This document shows positions 20,858 through 35,506 of a stretch of 64,000 nucleotides of DNA, piece by piece (position 1 is the first letter of the stretch; each line of letters opens with the position of its first letter). Location: positions 1,344,001-1,408,000 of the forward strand of contig CBDFJQ010000002.1 of the NCBI GenBank assembly GCA_965248575.1, read 5' to 3'. The stretch comes from Planctomycetota bacterium. Its GTDB lineage: Bacteria; Planctomycetota; B15-G4. The notes beneath the pieces are model-generated. The model saw only the letters and a list, made by a program, of their open reading frames with translations, made no database searches and was not told the DNA's origin. Position numbers and translations under genes: made by a program.

Positions 20858-23800
20858 CTAGACGGCCCCTTCCAGGGTCACGGCGTCCAGGCTTGAAGAC
20901 TCCATGATCTCCGCACTCTGTGGGGCTTCCACATTGTGCTTCACCCGCGTGCGCTGCAGCTGCCGGAATCCGGTGCCTGTGGGCACCATGTTGCCCAGGA
21001 TCACGTTCTCCTTGAGCCCCAGCAGAGGGTCACGACGGCCGCCGAGCGCAGCTTCCGTGAGCACCTTGGTGGTCTCCTGGAAGGATGCGGCGGAGATCAT
21101 CGAGTCCGACTGCAAGGCCGCCTTGGTGATACCCAGGAGCACCGGTTCCGCAGTCGCGGGGCGCTTCTTGGCCTTCACCATGTCCTGGTTGGACTTCCGG
21201 AAGCGGAACTTGTCCACCACGGCATCGGGCAGGAAGTCCGTATCACCCGGATCCACGACCTGCACACGGCGCAACATCTGGCTCACGATCACCTCGACGT
21301 GCTTCTCGTCGATGCTCACGTTCTGGGAACGATAGACGCCCTGCACCTCGCGCAGGAGGTACTGCTGCAGCGCGTCTTCGCCGTTGATTCGCAGGATGTC
21401 CTGCGGAATCAGCGGGCCTTCCACCAAGGGGTGTCCAGCCTCGACGCGGTCACCGCTCTGGACCTTCAGGTGCTTACCGTGAGGAACGAGGTGCTCCTGG
21501 ACCACGCCGGTCTCATCGTTCTTGACGTTGATGGTCCGCTTGCCGCGCTTCATCTCGCGCACCAGCTCCACGGTGCCATCGATCTCCGCCATGATCGCCG
21601 GCTCCTTCGGCCGACGAGCTTCGAAGACTTCCGTCACACGCGGCAGACCACCGGTGATGTCCTGCGTACCGGTCATGGCGCGCGGCGTCTTGGCGATGAG
21701 CGTACCGGCCTTCACCATCTGTCCGTCGTCCACCTCGATGAAGGCGCGCTCAGGAATCGGGTAGAAGGTCAGCGGCGTCTCGTTCTCATCTTCCAGGCTG
21801 ATCTGCGGGTGCAGGTCGCCCTTGTGGTCCATGATGAACTTACGGCTGATACCCGCCGCATCGTCTTCCGTCTTGAGGGTCTTGCCCTCGACGATGTCGA
21901 TGAAGCGCACGCGTCCGGAACGGTCGGCAAAGATCGGAATACTGTGAGGATCCCAGTTGGCGATGATCTCACCCGACTTCACCCGTGCGCCGTCGGCGAC
22001 AGGCAGCACGGCACCGAGCGGAACGTCGTAGCGATCCAATTCGCGCCCCTTGTCATCCAGGATGACCAGGATGCCGTTGCGGTCGAGGGAGACCTGCTCG
22101 CCTTCCAGGTTCTCGCCGTACTTGACGCTGATGTACTTGAGCGTGCCCTTGCGACCTGCCTTGATCTTGGAGACAGCCAAGGCGCGGCTTGCCGTACCAC
22201 CGATGTGGAACGTCCGCATGGTGAGCTGCGTACCGGGCTCACCGATGGACTGCGCCGCGATGATTCCGATGGCAAGGCCCAGCTCGGCCAGCTTGCCGCG
22301 CGAGAGGTCCATGCCGTAGCAAGTGGCACAGGTGCCGTCACCGGCCTCGCAGGTGAGCGGGCTACGGACACGAACCTTCTCGTAACCGAGCTCCTCGATC
22401 CGCTTGGCGATCTCAGGCGTGATGACCTGATTCTCCCGGACGATGACATCATCCGTGACGATGTCGATGATGGCGTCGCGAGCCACACGACCACGAATCT
22501 GCTGACGCAGCGGCACATCGACCTTGTCACCCTTCATCACGGCGCTTTTGCTGATGCCGTTGATGGTTCCGCAGTCGATCACGCTGACCACCAGGTTCTG
22601 GCCCACGTCGGCCAGCTTGCGGGTGAGGTAACCCGAGTCTGCCGTCTTGAGCGCCGTATCCGCCAAGCCCTTGCGAGCACCGTGCGTCGAGCTGAAGTAC
22701 TCCAGCACACGCAGTCCCTCGCGGAAGTTCGACTTGATGGGCGTCTCGATGATCCGGCCCGACGGCTTCGCCATCAGTCCACGCATACCAGCCAGCTGAC
22801 GAATCTGCTCGATGGTGCCTCGAGCACCCGAGCGCTCCATGATGTAGACAGGGTTGATGGCCAGGGCGCCATCCAGAGCAGCCTTCTGCCACTCCAGCAT
22901 CATCTCCTCACCCACCCGCTCACGAGCGTGGGTCCAGAGGTCGATGACCTGGTTGTAGCGCTCACCCTCGGTGATCACGCCCTTCTGGTACTGGTTGTTG
23001 ATCCCGATCACCTCATCATCGGTGCTGTCGAGGATCTTGAACTTGCCAGAAGGAACGATCAGGTCGACGGTGGCGAAGGAGAGACCGGCGCGCGTTGCCG
23101 ACTTGAAGCCGATGGACTTCAGGTCATCCAACAGGTCGACGGTGCGGTCCTTGCCCACGATCTCGTAGGCATCGCTGATGACCCGCTTGATGGAACCCTT
23201 GTCTAGCGCGATGTTCCAGTAGGGGCAGTCGTCCGGAAGGATGTCGTTGAACAACACCCGACCGACAGTCGTGTCCACCAGGCCACCCTCATAGGTGACC
23301 GTCGAGTCGGCGGAGATGACGACCTTTCCGGGAGTCAAACGCACCTTGATCGGAGCGTGGACACCCGCCTTGCCATCCGCGTAGGCGCGGAACACCTCCC
23401 GCTCGGTAGCAAAGATCATGCCCTCGCCGGGCTCACCCGCGCGCTGCGTTGTGAGGTAGAAGCAGCCGAGCACGATGTCCTGGGAAGGACTGATGATCGG
23501 GGTGCCGTTGGCCGGCGTGAAGATGTTGTTCGTGGCGATCATCAGGGCCGTGGCCTCGATCTGCGCCTCATAGGAGAGGGGCAGGTGGACAGCCATCTGG
23601 TCACCATCGAAGTCGGCGTTGAAGCCGGCACACACGAGCGGGTGAAGCTTGATGGCGTTGCCCTCGACCAGCACGGGCTGGAAGGCCTGGATGCCCATAC
23701 GGTGAAGGGTCGGCGCGCGGTTCAGCAAGACCGGGTGCTCGAAGATGACCTCTTCAAGGATGTCCCAGACTTCCTCTTCCTTGCGCTCGAGCATCTTCTT

Positions 23801-24997
23801 GGCCGACTTGATCGTGTCGGCGTAACCGAGCTCCTTGAGCCGGCGGATGATGAATGGCTGGTAGAGCTCCAGGGCGATGACCTTGGGAAGCCCACACTGG
23901 TGCAGCTGCAGGTCCGGCCCCACCACGATCACGGAACGTGCGGAGTAGTCCACGCGCTTACCGAGCAGGTTCTCGCGGAAGCGCCCTTGCTTGCCCTTGA
24001 TCATGTCGGTCAAGGACTTCAGCGGGCGGTTGCTGGTGCCCAGCACCGGCCGGCGGCAGCGGCTGTTGTCGAACAGGGCGTCCACCGACTGCTGCAGCAT
24101 CCGCTTTTCGTTGCGGATGATGACTTCGGGGGCGTTCAGGTCGAGCAGCTTCTTCAAGCGGTTGTTGCGGTTGATCAGCCGGCGGTACAGGTCGTTCAGG
24201 TCGGAGGTCGCAAAGTTGCCGCTGTCCAGCAGCACCAACGGACGCAGGTCCGGCGGAATCACCGGCACCACGTCGAGCACCATCCAAGACGGCTTGTTGG
24301 GCGAATCGCGGAGCATCTCCACGGTCCGCAAGCGCTTGACGATCTCAGCCTTGCGCTGCTTGCTGCGAGTGGTCTTCAGCTCCTCGCGCAGGGACTCCGA
24401 CGTGGCGTTCAGGTCGAGGTTGACCAACAGCTTCTTGACTGCCTCGGCACCCATGTCCGCCTCGAAGCTCGCGCCGAACTTCTGGCGAGCCTCGCGGAAG
24501 GCATCTTCAGAGAGCAGCTGCCCCACCTCGAGCGTGGTGTCGCCAGCCTCGGTGACGATGTACTCCTGGAAGTAGATCACCTTGTCCAGGTGACTCAGCT
24601 TCACGCCCAGCAAGTTGCCGATACGCGAGGGAGTCGCCTTGAAGAACCAGATGTGACCAACCGATGCGGCGAGGTTGATGTGCCCCATGCGGGTGCGGCG
24701 CACCTTGCTGTGCGTGACCTGCACGCCACAGCGATCACAGATGATGTTCTTGTGCTTGATGCCCTTGTACTTGCCGCAGAAGCACTCCCAGTCCTTGGTC
24801 GGACCGAAGATCTTCTCGCAGAACAGACCATCCTTTTCCGGACGGTACGTCCGGTAGTTGATGGTCTCGGGCTTGCGGACTTCGCCGAACGACCAGCTCC
24901 GGATGTCCTCATGGGACGCGAGGCGGATCGTGACGTAAGGGTTGTCGGTGGGGTTCTTACGGAGCGGGTTGAGACCGCGAGGTTCCGTCGAATCCAT
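20858..24997 (-). CDS. rpoC: RNA polymerase beta' subunit
   Basis: KPETINYRT, Zn-finger CFCGKY...CDRC, catalytic [12 protein letters not shown]; start at 24997 or 25021. Confidence 0.99.
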   Translation of the reverse strand: MDSTEPRGLNPLRKNPTDNPYVTIRLASHEDIRSWSFGEVRKPETINYRTYRPEKDGLFCEKIFGPTKDWECFCGKYKGIKHKNIICDRCGVQVTHSKVRRTRMGHINLAASVGHIWFFKATPSRIGNLLGVKLSHLDKVIYFQEYIVTEAGDTTLEVGQLLSEDAFREARQKFGASFEADMGAEAVKKLLVNLDLNATSESLREELKTTRSKQRKAEIVKRLRTVEMLRDSPNKPSWMVLDVVPVIPPDLRPLVLLDSGNFATSDLNDLYRRLINRNNRLKKLLDLNAPEVIIRNEKRMLQQSVDALFDNSRCRRPVLGTSNRPLKSLTDMIKGKQGRFRENLLGKRVDYSARSVIVVGPDLQLHQCGLPKVIALELYQPFIIRRLKELGYADTIKSAKKMLERKEEEVWDILEEVIFEHPVLLNRAPTLHRMGIQAFQPVLVEGNAIKLHPLVCAGFNADFDGDQMAVHLPLSYEAQIEATALMIATNNIFTPANGTPIISPSQDIVLGCFYLTTQRAGEPGEGMIFATEREVFRAYADGKAGVHAPIKVRLTPGKVVISADSTVTYEGGLVDTTVGRVLFNDILPDDCPYWNIALDKGSIKRVISDAYEIVGKDRTVDLLDDLKSIGFKSATRAGLSFATVDLIVPSGKFKILDSTDDEVIGINNQYQKGVITEGERYNQVIDLWTHARERVGEEMMLEWQKAALDGALAINPVYIMERSGARGTIEQIRQLAGMRGLMAKPSGRIIETPIKSNFREGLRVLEYFSSTHGARKGLADTALKTADSGYLTRKLADVGQNLVVSVIDCGTINGISKSAVMKGDKVDVPLRQQIRGRVARDAIIDIVTDDVIVRENQVITPEIAKRIEELGYEKVRVRSPLTCEAGDGTCATCYGMDLSRGKLAELGLAIGIIAAQSIGEPGTQLTMRTFHIGGTASRALAVSKIKAGRKGTLKYISVKYGENLEGEQVSLDRNGILVILDDKGRELDRYDVPLGAVLPVADGARVKSGEIIANWDPHSIPIFADRSGRVRFIDIVEGKTLKTEDDAAGISRKFIMDHKGDLHPQISLEDENETPLTFYPIPERAFIEVDDGQMVKAGTLIAKTPRAMTGTQDITGGLPRVTEVFEARRPKEPAIMAEIDGTVELVREMKRGKRTINVKNDETGVVQEHLVPHGKHLKVQSGDRVEAGHPLVEGPLIPQDILRINGEDALQQYLLREVQGVYRSQNVSIDEKHVEVIVSQMLRRVQVVDPGDTDFLPDAVVDKFRFRKSNQDMVKAKKRPATAEPVLLGITKAALQSDSMISAASFQETTKVLTEAALGGRRDPLLGLKENVILGNMVPTGTGFRQLQRTRVKHNVEAPQSAEIMESSSLDAVTLEGAV

Positions 24998-25024
24998 GTG
25001 GCTTGTGCCTTCGAGTTGCATGAC

Positions 25025-28702
<3,678 letters not shown>

Positions 28703-28755
28703 CGGCGGACTTCAACATCGGGTAGGGACGGACGATCAGAGACACAACAGCGACG

Positions 28756-28785
28756 GACAGCGCCCGCGAAGATCGCGGTGCTGTC
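28756..28785 (-). other. GC-rich stem-loop between rplL and rpoB (attenuator-like position)
   Basis: Minus strand GACAGCACCGCGA-TCT-TCGCGGGCGCTGTC imperfect hairpin; no U-tract. Confidence 0.4.
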
Positions 28786-28820
28786 TCGTCCACTGGCGGT
28801 GCGTGACAAGCGGGAGGCGA

Positions 28821-29228
28821 CTACTTGACCTCGACGGATGCCCCGGCCTCTTCGAGCTCGCCCTTGACCTTCTCGGCCTCGTCCTTGGACACACCTTCCT
28901 TGACGGCCTTCGGCGCGCTCTCGACAAGCTCCTTGGCCTCCTTGAGGCCCAAGCCGGTGATGCCGCGGACAGCCTTGATGACTTGGATCTTCTTGTCACC
29001 AGGGCCGGTCAGCACGACGTCGAAGGCGGTCTTCTCCTCCTCCTCGCCGCCACCGTCGCCACCCGCTGCGGCCGCCATCATGACGGCGCCGCCGGAAGCG
29101 GGCTCAATCCCGTAGGTGTCCTTCAGATAATCGGAGAGCTGCTGCGCATCGAGAAGGGTCAGAGCGACAATCTTGTCGCCGAGGTCCTTGATCTCTGCCT
29201 TGAACTCGGTGGTTGCTGCTTCGGTCAT
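28821..29228 (-). CDS. rplL: 50S ribosomal protein L7/L12
   Basis: [27 protein letters not shown]. Confidence 0.98.
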   Translation of the reverse strand: MTEAATTEFKAEIKDLGDKIVALTLLDAQQLSDYLKDTYGIEPASGGAVMMAAAAGGDGGGEEEEKTAFDVVLTGPGDKKIQVIKAVRGITGLGLKEAKELVESAPKAVKEGVSKDEAEKVKGELEEAGASVEVK

Positions 29229-29322
29229 GCTCCTGGCTCCATGTCGGGCTCAAGCGCCCGGTACGGGATGTTCGGGCGTCTCCGCCCGGTGTTGGATGGT
29301 GGTGTGTTGAACGGTGTACTGC

Positions 29323-29871
29323 TCAGCTGCCGCTTTCGAGCTTCTCGATGTGGCTCTGGATCGCACCAGCGATCTTCGAACCACGTGCGGTGAACTGGCC
29401 GGAAAGAGTGGATGCCGGCGAAAGAATCTGTCCCAGAAGCTTGGACTGCATTTCTTGCTTCGTGGGCAACTTGGATAGGGCCTTGGCGCGGTCGGAGTCG
29501 AGAACTTCGCCCTCCATGAAACCGCCCTTGACTGCAGGCAGCTCGTTACCGCTTTCCTTGCGCCACTTCTCGATGACGCGAGCAGCCGCGATGGCCGCCC
29601 CTTCCACTTCGACGTCCTCCAGCCCAAGAATCAGGGCTGAGGGGCCTTCGAAGAGGGATTCTATGCCTGACAGGCCCTGAGCTTCGAGCGCGCGCCGGGC
29701 CAATGAGCCCTTCACCACTTGCATGCTCAGCTGAGCCTCTTCGAGCAGGCCGCGGAACGAGTTGACGTCCTCGACGGTCATGCCGACGGGTTGCACCAAC
29801 AGGGCGTCGACGCCGCCAGACAGGCGGCGTTCGTACTCGCTGGCAATGGAAACATTGACGATGTTCGGCAT
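29323..29871 (-). CDS. rplJ: 50S ribosomal protein L10
   Basis: Lies between rplA and rplL; VVKGSLARRAL, KGGFMEG, LSKLPTKQE; ATG 29871. Confidence 0.92.
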   Translation of the reverse strand: MPNIVNVSIASEYERRLSGGVDALLVQPVGMTVEDVNSFRGLLEEAQLSMQVVKGSLARRALEAQGLSGIESLFEGPSALILGLEDVEVEGAAIAAARVIEKWRKESGNELPAVKGGFMEGEVLDSDRAKALSKLPTKQEMQSKLLGQILSPASTLSGQFTARGSKIAGAIQSHIEKLESGS

Positions 29872-29884
29872 CAGTTCGCTCCGG

Positions 29885-30577
29885 TCAGCTCGCCAGGTCC
29901 ACGGCAACGCCGGGGCCCATGGTCGTGGCTAGGAAGACCTTCTTGAGGTAGGTGCCCTTGGAAGAGGCGGGCTTCAGCGAGTTGACGGCTGCCACGAAGG
30001 CGCGCACGTTGGCCACGAGGTTTTCGTCGTCGAAGGAGCGCTTGCCCACAGCCGCGTGGATCGTCCCACCGCCATCGGCGCGGAACTCCACCTTGCCGGC
30101 TGCGAACTCTCGCACTGCATTCTCGACGTTGGGCGTCACCGTGCCGGACTTCGGAGTCGGCATCTTGCCCTGGGGTCCGAGGACCTTACCGAGCTTGCCG
30201 ACCTTGCCCATCATGTCGGGCGAAGCCACGGCTACGTCAAAATCGGTCCAGCCATCCGCGACCTTCTTGACGAGATCGTCGTCGCCCACTTCCACGGCGC
30301 CGGCCTCGGCCGCAGCCGCCTGCTTGGCAGGATCCTTCACGAACGCGATGACGCGCCGGGTGCGCCCCGTGCCGTGAGGCAGCGACACCGCGCCGCGCAC
30401 TGACTGATCAGACTTGCGGGGGTCGATGCCGAGGTTGATGGCGATGTCGATCGATTCGTCGAAGCGCGTCTTCTCGGACGTCTTGAGAATCGCGATGCCA
30501 TCGAGGAGCGGGTAGACGATGTCCTTGTCCACCTTGATCGCATTGGCCTTCTTGCGCTTGTTTATGTGCGTCGTCAT
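29885..30577 (-). CDS. rplA: 50S ribosomal protein L1
   Basis: LGIDPRKSDQSVRG, LGPQGKMPTPKSGTVT, TTMGPG. Confidence 0.98.
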   Translation of the reverse strand: MTTHINKRKKANAIKVDKDIVYPLLDGIAILKTSEKTRFDESIDIAINLGIDPRKSDQSVRGAVSLPHGTGRTRRVIAFVKDPAKQAAAAEAGAVEVGDDDLVKKVADGWTDFDVAVASPDMMGKVGKLGKVLGPQGKMPTPKSGTVTPNVENAVREFAAGKVEFRADGGGTIHAAVGKRSFDDENLVANVRAFVAAVNSLKPASSKGTYLKKVFLATTMGPGVAVDLAS

Positions 30578-30603
30578 GTGTCTAGCGTCCTTTGTTCACC
30601 GGC

Positions 30604-31023
30604 TCAGCCGGAGACCTCGATACCCATGGAACGAGCCGTGCCTTCGACCATCCGGCACGCTGCGTCGATGTTGCGAGCGTTCAGGTCGGCCATCTTGGTC
30701 TCGGCGATTTCCTTCACCTGATCCTTCGTGACCTGCCCCACGATCTCGAGATGAGCATTGCCCTTGACGATGCCCGCTGCGCGCTTCAGGAGCACGGCTG
30801 CCGGGGGCGTCTTGAGCACGAAGCTGAACGAGCGATCCTTGTAGACGGTGATCTCGGCCGGAATGATCAAGCCCATCTGATCGCGGGTCGAGTCGTTGTA
30901 CTCCTTCACGAACTGCCCGATGTTGACGCCGTGCTGACCCAGCGCGGGTCCAACAGGCGGAGCAGGCGTCGCCTGCCCGGCGGCCAGCTGGAGCTTGAGG
31001 ACGGATTGGATTTCCTTGGCCAT
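30604..31023 (-). CDS. rplK: 50S ribosomal protein L11
   Basis: [26 protein letters not shown]. Confidence 0.98.
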   Translation of the reverse strand: MAKEIQSVLKLQLAAGQATPAPPVGPALGQHGVNIGQFVKEYNDSTRDQMGLIIPAEITVYKDRSFSFVLKTPPAAVLLKRAAGIVKGNAHLEIVGQVTKDQVKEIAETKMADLNARNIDAACRMVEGTARSMGIEVSG

Positions 31024-31115
31024 CTGATGTCGTCTTGCTTGGGGTCGGTCGGTTTGTGTTCGAAGTCGTTGGTTCGGCCTGTCGGGATCGACGAGGCCGA
31101 TTCAGGAACTGGTTC

Positions 31116-31688
31116 TTAGGTCTGCTCGACCTTCCAGTACTCCAGTTCCACGGGCGTTTCACGTCCAAAGATGGTCACGATCACCCGGACCATTCCCTTC
31201 ATCTCGTTCACTTCGTCCACCACGCCCGTGTAGGACTCGAACGGTCCGTCGTTGATCTTCACGCGATCACCGAGCTTGAAGTTGATCTTGAGTTGCGGCG
31301 TCTCCTCGGTATCGCGCATGCCATTCAGGATGCGCTCCACCTCGTGATCCGCCATGGGCACGGGCGCGCGGGACACACCCACGAAGTCACCGATGCCCTG
31401 GGTCTCCCGGATCAGGAACCACACGTCTTCCGGGATCTGCCCCTCTTCATCCAGATACATCTCCACCATGATGTAGCCGGGGTAGAGCTTGCGCTGGATG
31501 ACCTTCTTCCGACCGCCCTTCATCTCCGAGATGGTCTCGGTGGGAACGAGCACGCTCGGAACCCGCTCCTCAAGACCGACGGCCTTCAGCCGGCGCTCGA
31601 GTTTGTCGCGCATCTTCTTCTCGAGGTTACTGGCGACCCGGAGGACGAACCAGCGAGAGGAGGCGGCGTTGAAAGCGGAGGGTTCCAT
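31116..31688 (-). CDS. nusG: Transcription elongation factor NusG
   Basis: KLYPGYIMVEM, KOW motif GDRVKINDGPF, IFGRETPVEL. Confidence 0.97.
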   Translation of the reverse strand: MEPSAFNAASSRWFVLRVASNLEKKMRDKLERRLKAVGLEERVPSVLVPTETISEMKGGRKKVIQRKLYPGYIMVEMYLDEEGQIPEDVWFLIRETQGIGDFVGVSRAPVPMADHEVERILNGMRDTEETPQLKINFKLGDRVKINDGPFESYTGVVDEVNEMKGMVRVIVTIFGRETPVELEYWKVEQT

Positions 31689-31702
31689 CAGTCAGGAGCC
31701 GA

Positions 31703-32155
31703 TCAGGAGAGGATGTTCTTCGCCACGATCTCGTTGAGCAGCATGTCCATCCCGGCGAGGAGCACCGTGAAGACAAGCATGACGACGAGAATGACGATGG
31801 AGGAGGTGAAGGTCTCGTTCCAGCTGGGCCAGGTGCACTTGCGCATCTCGGTTTCGGAGTCGATCAGGAGGTCCGCAACCTTCGGCCGTTCCAGGAACTT
31901 CATGAGCGTGGCCAGGCCGACGGAGGCAATGACGACGGCGAGAATCAGCGCATAGGTGAGTGGAACTCCCAGGACCGGGAGGTTGTCCTCCATCAGCCGG
32001 GTCGCCAACCCACCGGGTGCGGCGGCTTCTGGATCGCCCCGGAAGCTGCCGAGGAAGTAGTACATCTCGTAGCATCCGAAAAGCCACAGCGAGCCCAGCA
32101 GCCAAAGGGCTGTGGTCCGTGAATAGGTGCCTTGATCAGCTTTGAACTTGGCCAT
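31703..32155 (-). CDS. secE: Preprotein translocase SecE (long, 3-TM form)
   Basis: EMRKCTWPS followed by a TM helix; lies between tRNA-Trp and nusG. Confidence 0.92.
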   Translation of the reverse strand: MAKFKADQGTYSRTTALWLLGSLWLFGCYEMYYFLGSFRGDPEAAAPGGLATRLMEDNLPVLGVPLTYALILAVVIASVGLATLMKFLERPKVADLLIDSETEMRKCTWPSWNETFTSSIVILVVMLVFTVLLAGMDMLLNEIVAKNILS

Positions 32156-32215
32156 GGATGTTTCCGTCGTCTGTGACGCTTCGAACCTGTGAGCGAGAGG
32201 TGGCTGAGAGCCCGA

Positions 32216-32291
32216 TGGCAGGCCAGGAGGGACTTGAACCCCCGACCCTCGGTTTTGGAAACCGATGCTCTACCAACTGAGCTACTGGCCT
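32216..32291 (-). tRNA. tRNA-Trp (CCA)
   Basis: 76-nt cloverleaf AGGCCAG...CTGGCCT-G-CCA; anticodon loop TT-CCA-AA. Confidence 0.97.
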
Positions 32292-32332
32292 CCCGGGTGT
32301 GCGGGTGGACATCGGGCTCGCAGGGAAGCGAC

Positions 32333-32497
32333 CTACTTCTTGCGCTCCTTGTGAGAGGTGTGCTTCCGGTCGAACCGGCAGTACTTGTTCAACTCGAGCT
32401 TCCACTGAGCCTTCGTGCGCTTGCGCAGGGCGTAGTTCCTGCGTCCGCACTCGGAGCATTCGAGGAAGACGACGGTGCTGCTTTTGCCTTTGGCCAT
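32333..32497 (-). CDS. rpmG: 50S ribosomal protein L33 (absent from the ORF track)
   Basis: Manual translation MAKGKSSTVVFLECSECGRRNYALRKRTKAQWKLELNKYCRFDRKHTSHKERKK*. Confidence 0.95.
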   Translation of the reverse strand: MAKGKSSTVVFLECSECGRRNYALRKRTKAQWKLELNKYCRFDRKHTSHKERKK

Positions 32498-32573
32498 CTG
32501 GTATCCAGCCGTTCGATGTCACGCGAGCCGAACGCAGTGCTCAGCTCGCGTGCCACCAGTGTCTTGGTGAGAA

Positions 32574-33782
32574 CTACTCGACGATCTCGACGACCTTGCC
32601 CGAACCAACCGTGCGCCCGCCTTCGCGGATGGCGAACTTCAGGTCCGTGTCCATGGCGATGGGCATGATCAGCTCCACCACGACTTCAACGTTGTCGCCC
32701 GGCATCACCATCTCAGTGCCTTCGGGCAGGGTCACGTTTCCGGTCACATCGGTCGTGCGGAAGTAGAACTGCGGGCGGTAGCCGTTGAAGAAAGGCGTGT
32801 GTCGGCCACCTTCCTCCTTGCTCAGCACGTAGACGACGCCCTTGAACTTCTTGTGGGGCGTGATGCTCTTCGGCTTGGCCAGGACCTGGCCGCGCTCGAT
32901 GGCATCCTTTTCGATTCCGCGCAGGAGCAGGCCCACGTTGTCGCCAGCGAGACCCTCGTCGAGGGACTTGTTGAACATCTCGACGCCGGTGCAGGTCGTG
33001 TTGCCGATCTCATCCTTCAGACCGACCAGCTCAAGCGAGTCGCCAACGTTCACCTTGCCACGCTCGATACGACCCGTCGCCACCGTGCCACGCCCCTTGA
33101 TGGAGAACACGTCCTCCACGGGCATGAGGAAGTCCTTGTCGATCTCGCGCTTCGGTTCCGGGACCCAAGAGTCAACGGCATCCATGAGCTCCCAGATGCA
33201 GGTGAAGCGGGGGTCGTCGACAGGCGCGCCCTCAACAGCAGCTTCGCCAGCCTTCAGCGCGGAACCCTGAATGATCGGTGTGTCGTCGCCGGGGAAGTCG
33301 TAGCTGCTGAGCAGCTCGCGGATCTCCATGTCGACGAGCTCCAGGAGCTCGTCGTCATCGACCTGGTCGACCTTGTTCATGAACACCAGCACGCTGGGCA
33401 CACCCACCTGGCGGGCGAGCAGGATGTGCTCACGCGTCTGAGGCATGGGGCCGTCAGCAGCGCTGCAGACCAGGATGGCGCCGTCCATCTGCGCGGCACC
33501 TGTGATCATGTTCTTGACATAGTCGGCGTGGCCAGGGCAGTCCACGTGAGCGTAGTGCCGTGTATCCGTCTGGTACTCCACGTGAGCGGTGGCGATGGTG
33601 ATACCGCGCTCGCGCTCTTCGGGAGCCTTGTCGATGGTGTCGAAGCCACGTGCGTCCGCGAGGCCCTTGAGCGCAAGGGAGCCCGTAATGGCAGCCGTCA
33701 GGGTCGTCTTACCATGGTCAACGTGGCCGATAGTGCCCACGTTCAGGTGGGGCTTGGTGCGTTCAAAGGTGCCCTTAGCCAT
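32574..33782 (-). CDS. tuf: Elongation factor Tu
   Basis: [35 protein letters not shown]. Confidence 0.99.
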   Translation of the reverse strand: MAKGTFERTKPHLNVGTIGHVDHGKTTLTAAITGSLALKGLADARGFDTIDKAPEERERGITIATAHVEYQTDTRHYAHVDCPGHADYVKNMITGAAQMDGAILVCSAADGPMPQTREHILLARQVGVPSVLVFMNKVDQVDDDELLELVDMEIRELLSSYDFPGDDTPIIQGSALKAGEAAVEGAPVDDPRFTCIWELMDAVDSWVPEPKREIDKDFLMPVEDVFSIKGRGTVATGRIERGKVNVGDSLELVGLKDEIGNTTCTGVEMFNKSLDEGLAGDNVGLLLRGIEKDAIERGQVLAKPKSITPHKKFKGVVYVLSKEEGGRHTPFFNGYRPQFYFRTTDVTGNVTLPEGTEMVMPGDNVEVVVELIMPIAMDTDLKFAIREGGRTVGSGKVVEIVE

Positions 33783-34015
33783 TTGGCTCTGATCTCCGTT
33801 TTCTGGTGCGCGACGTAGCGCGCGTGCTGTTGATCGGACTTGCGGTCATGCGACCTGGCCAGGGACGCCCAGCGGAACACCCGCTCGGAACTTCCTGACT
33901 CGCTCGCCTCGAAGGCCGTCTGCGGCCCCGGGTACTGCCTAACTCTCACTGCCTACTCGTGTCGCTCGCCATCTCTGGATGGGATGGCAACTGTCGTGCA
34001 CTGCCTTGGACTGCT

Positions 34016-34090
34016 TGGAGCTGCTGATGGGATTCGAACCCATGACCTCGTCCTTACCAAGGACGTGCTCTACCCCTGAGCCACAGCAGC
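34016..34090 (-). tRNA. tRNA-Thr (GGT)
   Basis: GCTGCTG acceptor stem; anticodon arm CGTCC-TTGGTAA-GGACG; 3' CCA encoded. Confidence 0.97.
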
Positions 34091-34273
34091 TTCTTTCGTT
34101 CGTGTGTTCGCGGGGGCGGTGCTCCCAGGCTGTCGTGCTGCCGGTGCACCCGTCCTCGCCATATCCATACTCGTTGTCACTCGTTGTCGGTTGTCGGTTC
34201 GTTGAGTGGGTTGTCGGTCGTTTCAACGGTCGGGTCGGGTGAATCGCCCTGCTTCCAGTCACCATCCAAGCGA

Positions 34274-34347
34274 TGGAGCGGGTGATGGGAATCGAACCCA
34301 CGCAACCAGCTTGGAAGGCTGGGGCTCTACCACTGAGCTACACCCGC
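34274..34347 (-). tRNA. tRNA-Gly (TCC)
   Basis: GCGGGTG acceptor stem; CCAGC-CTTCCAA-GCTGG; 3' CCA encoded. Confidence 0.97.
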
Positions 34348-34520
34348 ATCGGGCCGTGTGGGCCGTTCCGTCGTCACCATTCGCTGAGCGCCTGACCTGC
34401 GCGACCTCTGCGTCGGATCCCTCTGGACTCGCCTCGTCTGTCCTGTGTCCTCGCTACCTGTCGTCCGTGTTCGTTTCGTTGAATCCAGCTCTCAAGCACA
34501 GTCAGCACGACCGTCAGACC

Positions 34521-34605
34521 TGGTGGGGGAAGTAGGATTCGAACCTACGTAGGCAAAGCCAACGGGTTTACAGCCCGTCCCCATTAACCACTCGGGCATT
34601 CCCCC
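34521..34605 (-). tRNA. tRNA-Tyr (GTA)
   Basis: 85 nt with long variable arm; ACGGG-CTGTAAA-CCCGT; 3' CCA encoded. Confidence 0.97.
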
Positions 34606-34804
34606 AAGATCAGTTGCTTGCTGCTGGGATCGTCTTTCGGTTTCGAATCGCCTCGTATGTTCGCGCGCATGTCCTGCTTGGCACTCTTCTCCGCCCACGA
34701 GACACCGCCTGTCCGGAGACGCTTGCAGACGGCATGCACGCACTCGCCTCCATTCCAAAAGCGTCGCAAAACACGGCTTTGAACGGCCTTGAGGCACGCA
34801 ATGA

Positions 34805-34877
34805 AGCTAGCGACGGGACTCGAACCCACAACATCCGGTTTACAAAACCGGTGCTCTACCAGTTGAGCTACGCTAGC
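34805..34877 (-). tRNA. tRNA-Thr (TGT)
   Basis: GCTAGCG acceptor stem; CCGGT-TTTGTAA-ACCGG; followed by TCA rather than CCA. Confidence 0.95.
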
Positions 34878-34926
34878 GCCGGAGCGCCTCCCGACACGCA
34901 ACTTTCGCGCACCGAGAAAACGGAGG

Positions 34927-34955
34927 ATCCTAGCTCTGCCGGTTAGGCGAGTCAA
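34927..34955 (-). promoter_or_regulatory. Putative sigma70 promoter of the tRNA-tuf supercluster
   Basis: Minus strand TTGACT-N17-TAGGAT, 50 nt upstream of tRNA-Thr(TGT); overlaps the 3' end of the receiver gene. Confidence 0.7.
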
Positions 34956-35397
34956 CACCCACCGAAGACGGATCCTTGGGCTCCTCCCGCTCCGTTTCCA
35001 CGCTCATTCCGAGCACCGAACGGACGTCCCGGGTGAGCTCCTTCAGCTCGAAGGGCTTGCGGATCACGCCTGCCACGGCGGGCTCAGCGCAGATCTGCGA
35101 GACCACGATCGGCTCCAGAAAGGCGCTCATAATAAGGTAGGTCGCGCGTACCCCCTTGGCCTCGAACTGCCTCACAAGGTCCAACCCGCTGACCTCCGGC
35201 ATCGTGTAGTCCGTGAGAATCAGCCGGCAGAGCGCGTTTTCCAGGAGCTGGAACGCCGTGGCGGCATCGTGGGCGTGCTCCACGGTCAGCCCCTCACGCT
35301 CCAGGACCACCCGCACCAGTCGGGCAACGGCCGGGTCGTCGTCGACCACGAGCACATCGAGAGAGGAGGGCCTTTCCACTGGGGACATGGGCGGCAT
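34930..35397 (-). CDS. Single-domain response regulator (CheY-like receiver)
   Basis: VLVVDDDP, phosphoacceptor ILTDYTMP, IMSA, IRKPF; start at 35397 or 35388. Confidence 0.88.
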   Translation of the reverse strand: MPPMSPVERPSSLDVLVVDDDPAVARLVRVVLEREGLTVEHAHDAATAFQLLENALCRLILTDYTMPEVSGLDLVRQFEAKGVRATYLIMSAFLEPIVVSQICAEPAVAGVIRKPFELKELTRDVRSVLGMSVETEREEPKDPSSVGVDSPNRQS

Positions 35398-35506
35398 GAC
35401 ACCACGGCCGCAGGGGCGAATCCAATTCCCGAACGGAACGGCCCTAGGGCTCCAAACCCCGCGGTCTGCCCTGCTAGGATGCCCGGCCCAATCAGAGGAG
35501 TCCCTC

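Noticed and set aside
34168..34220. Short repeats in a tRNA spacer considered as a CRISPR or attachment site
   Set aside because: Units are only 6-10 nt and irregular, with no spacers and no cas or integrase gene nearby.
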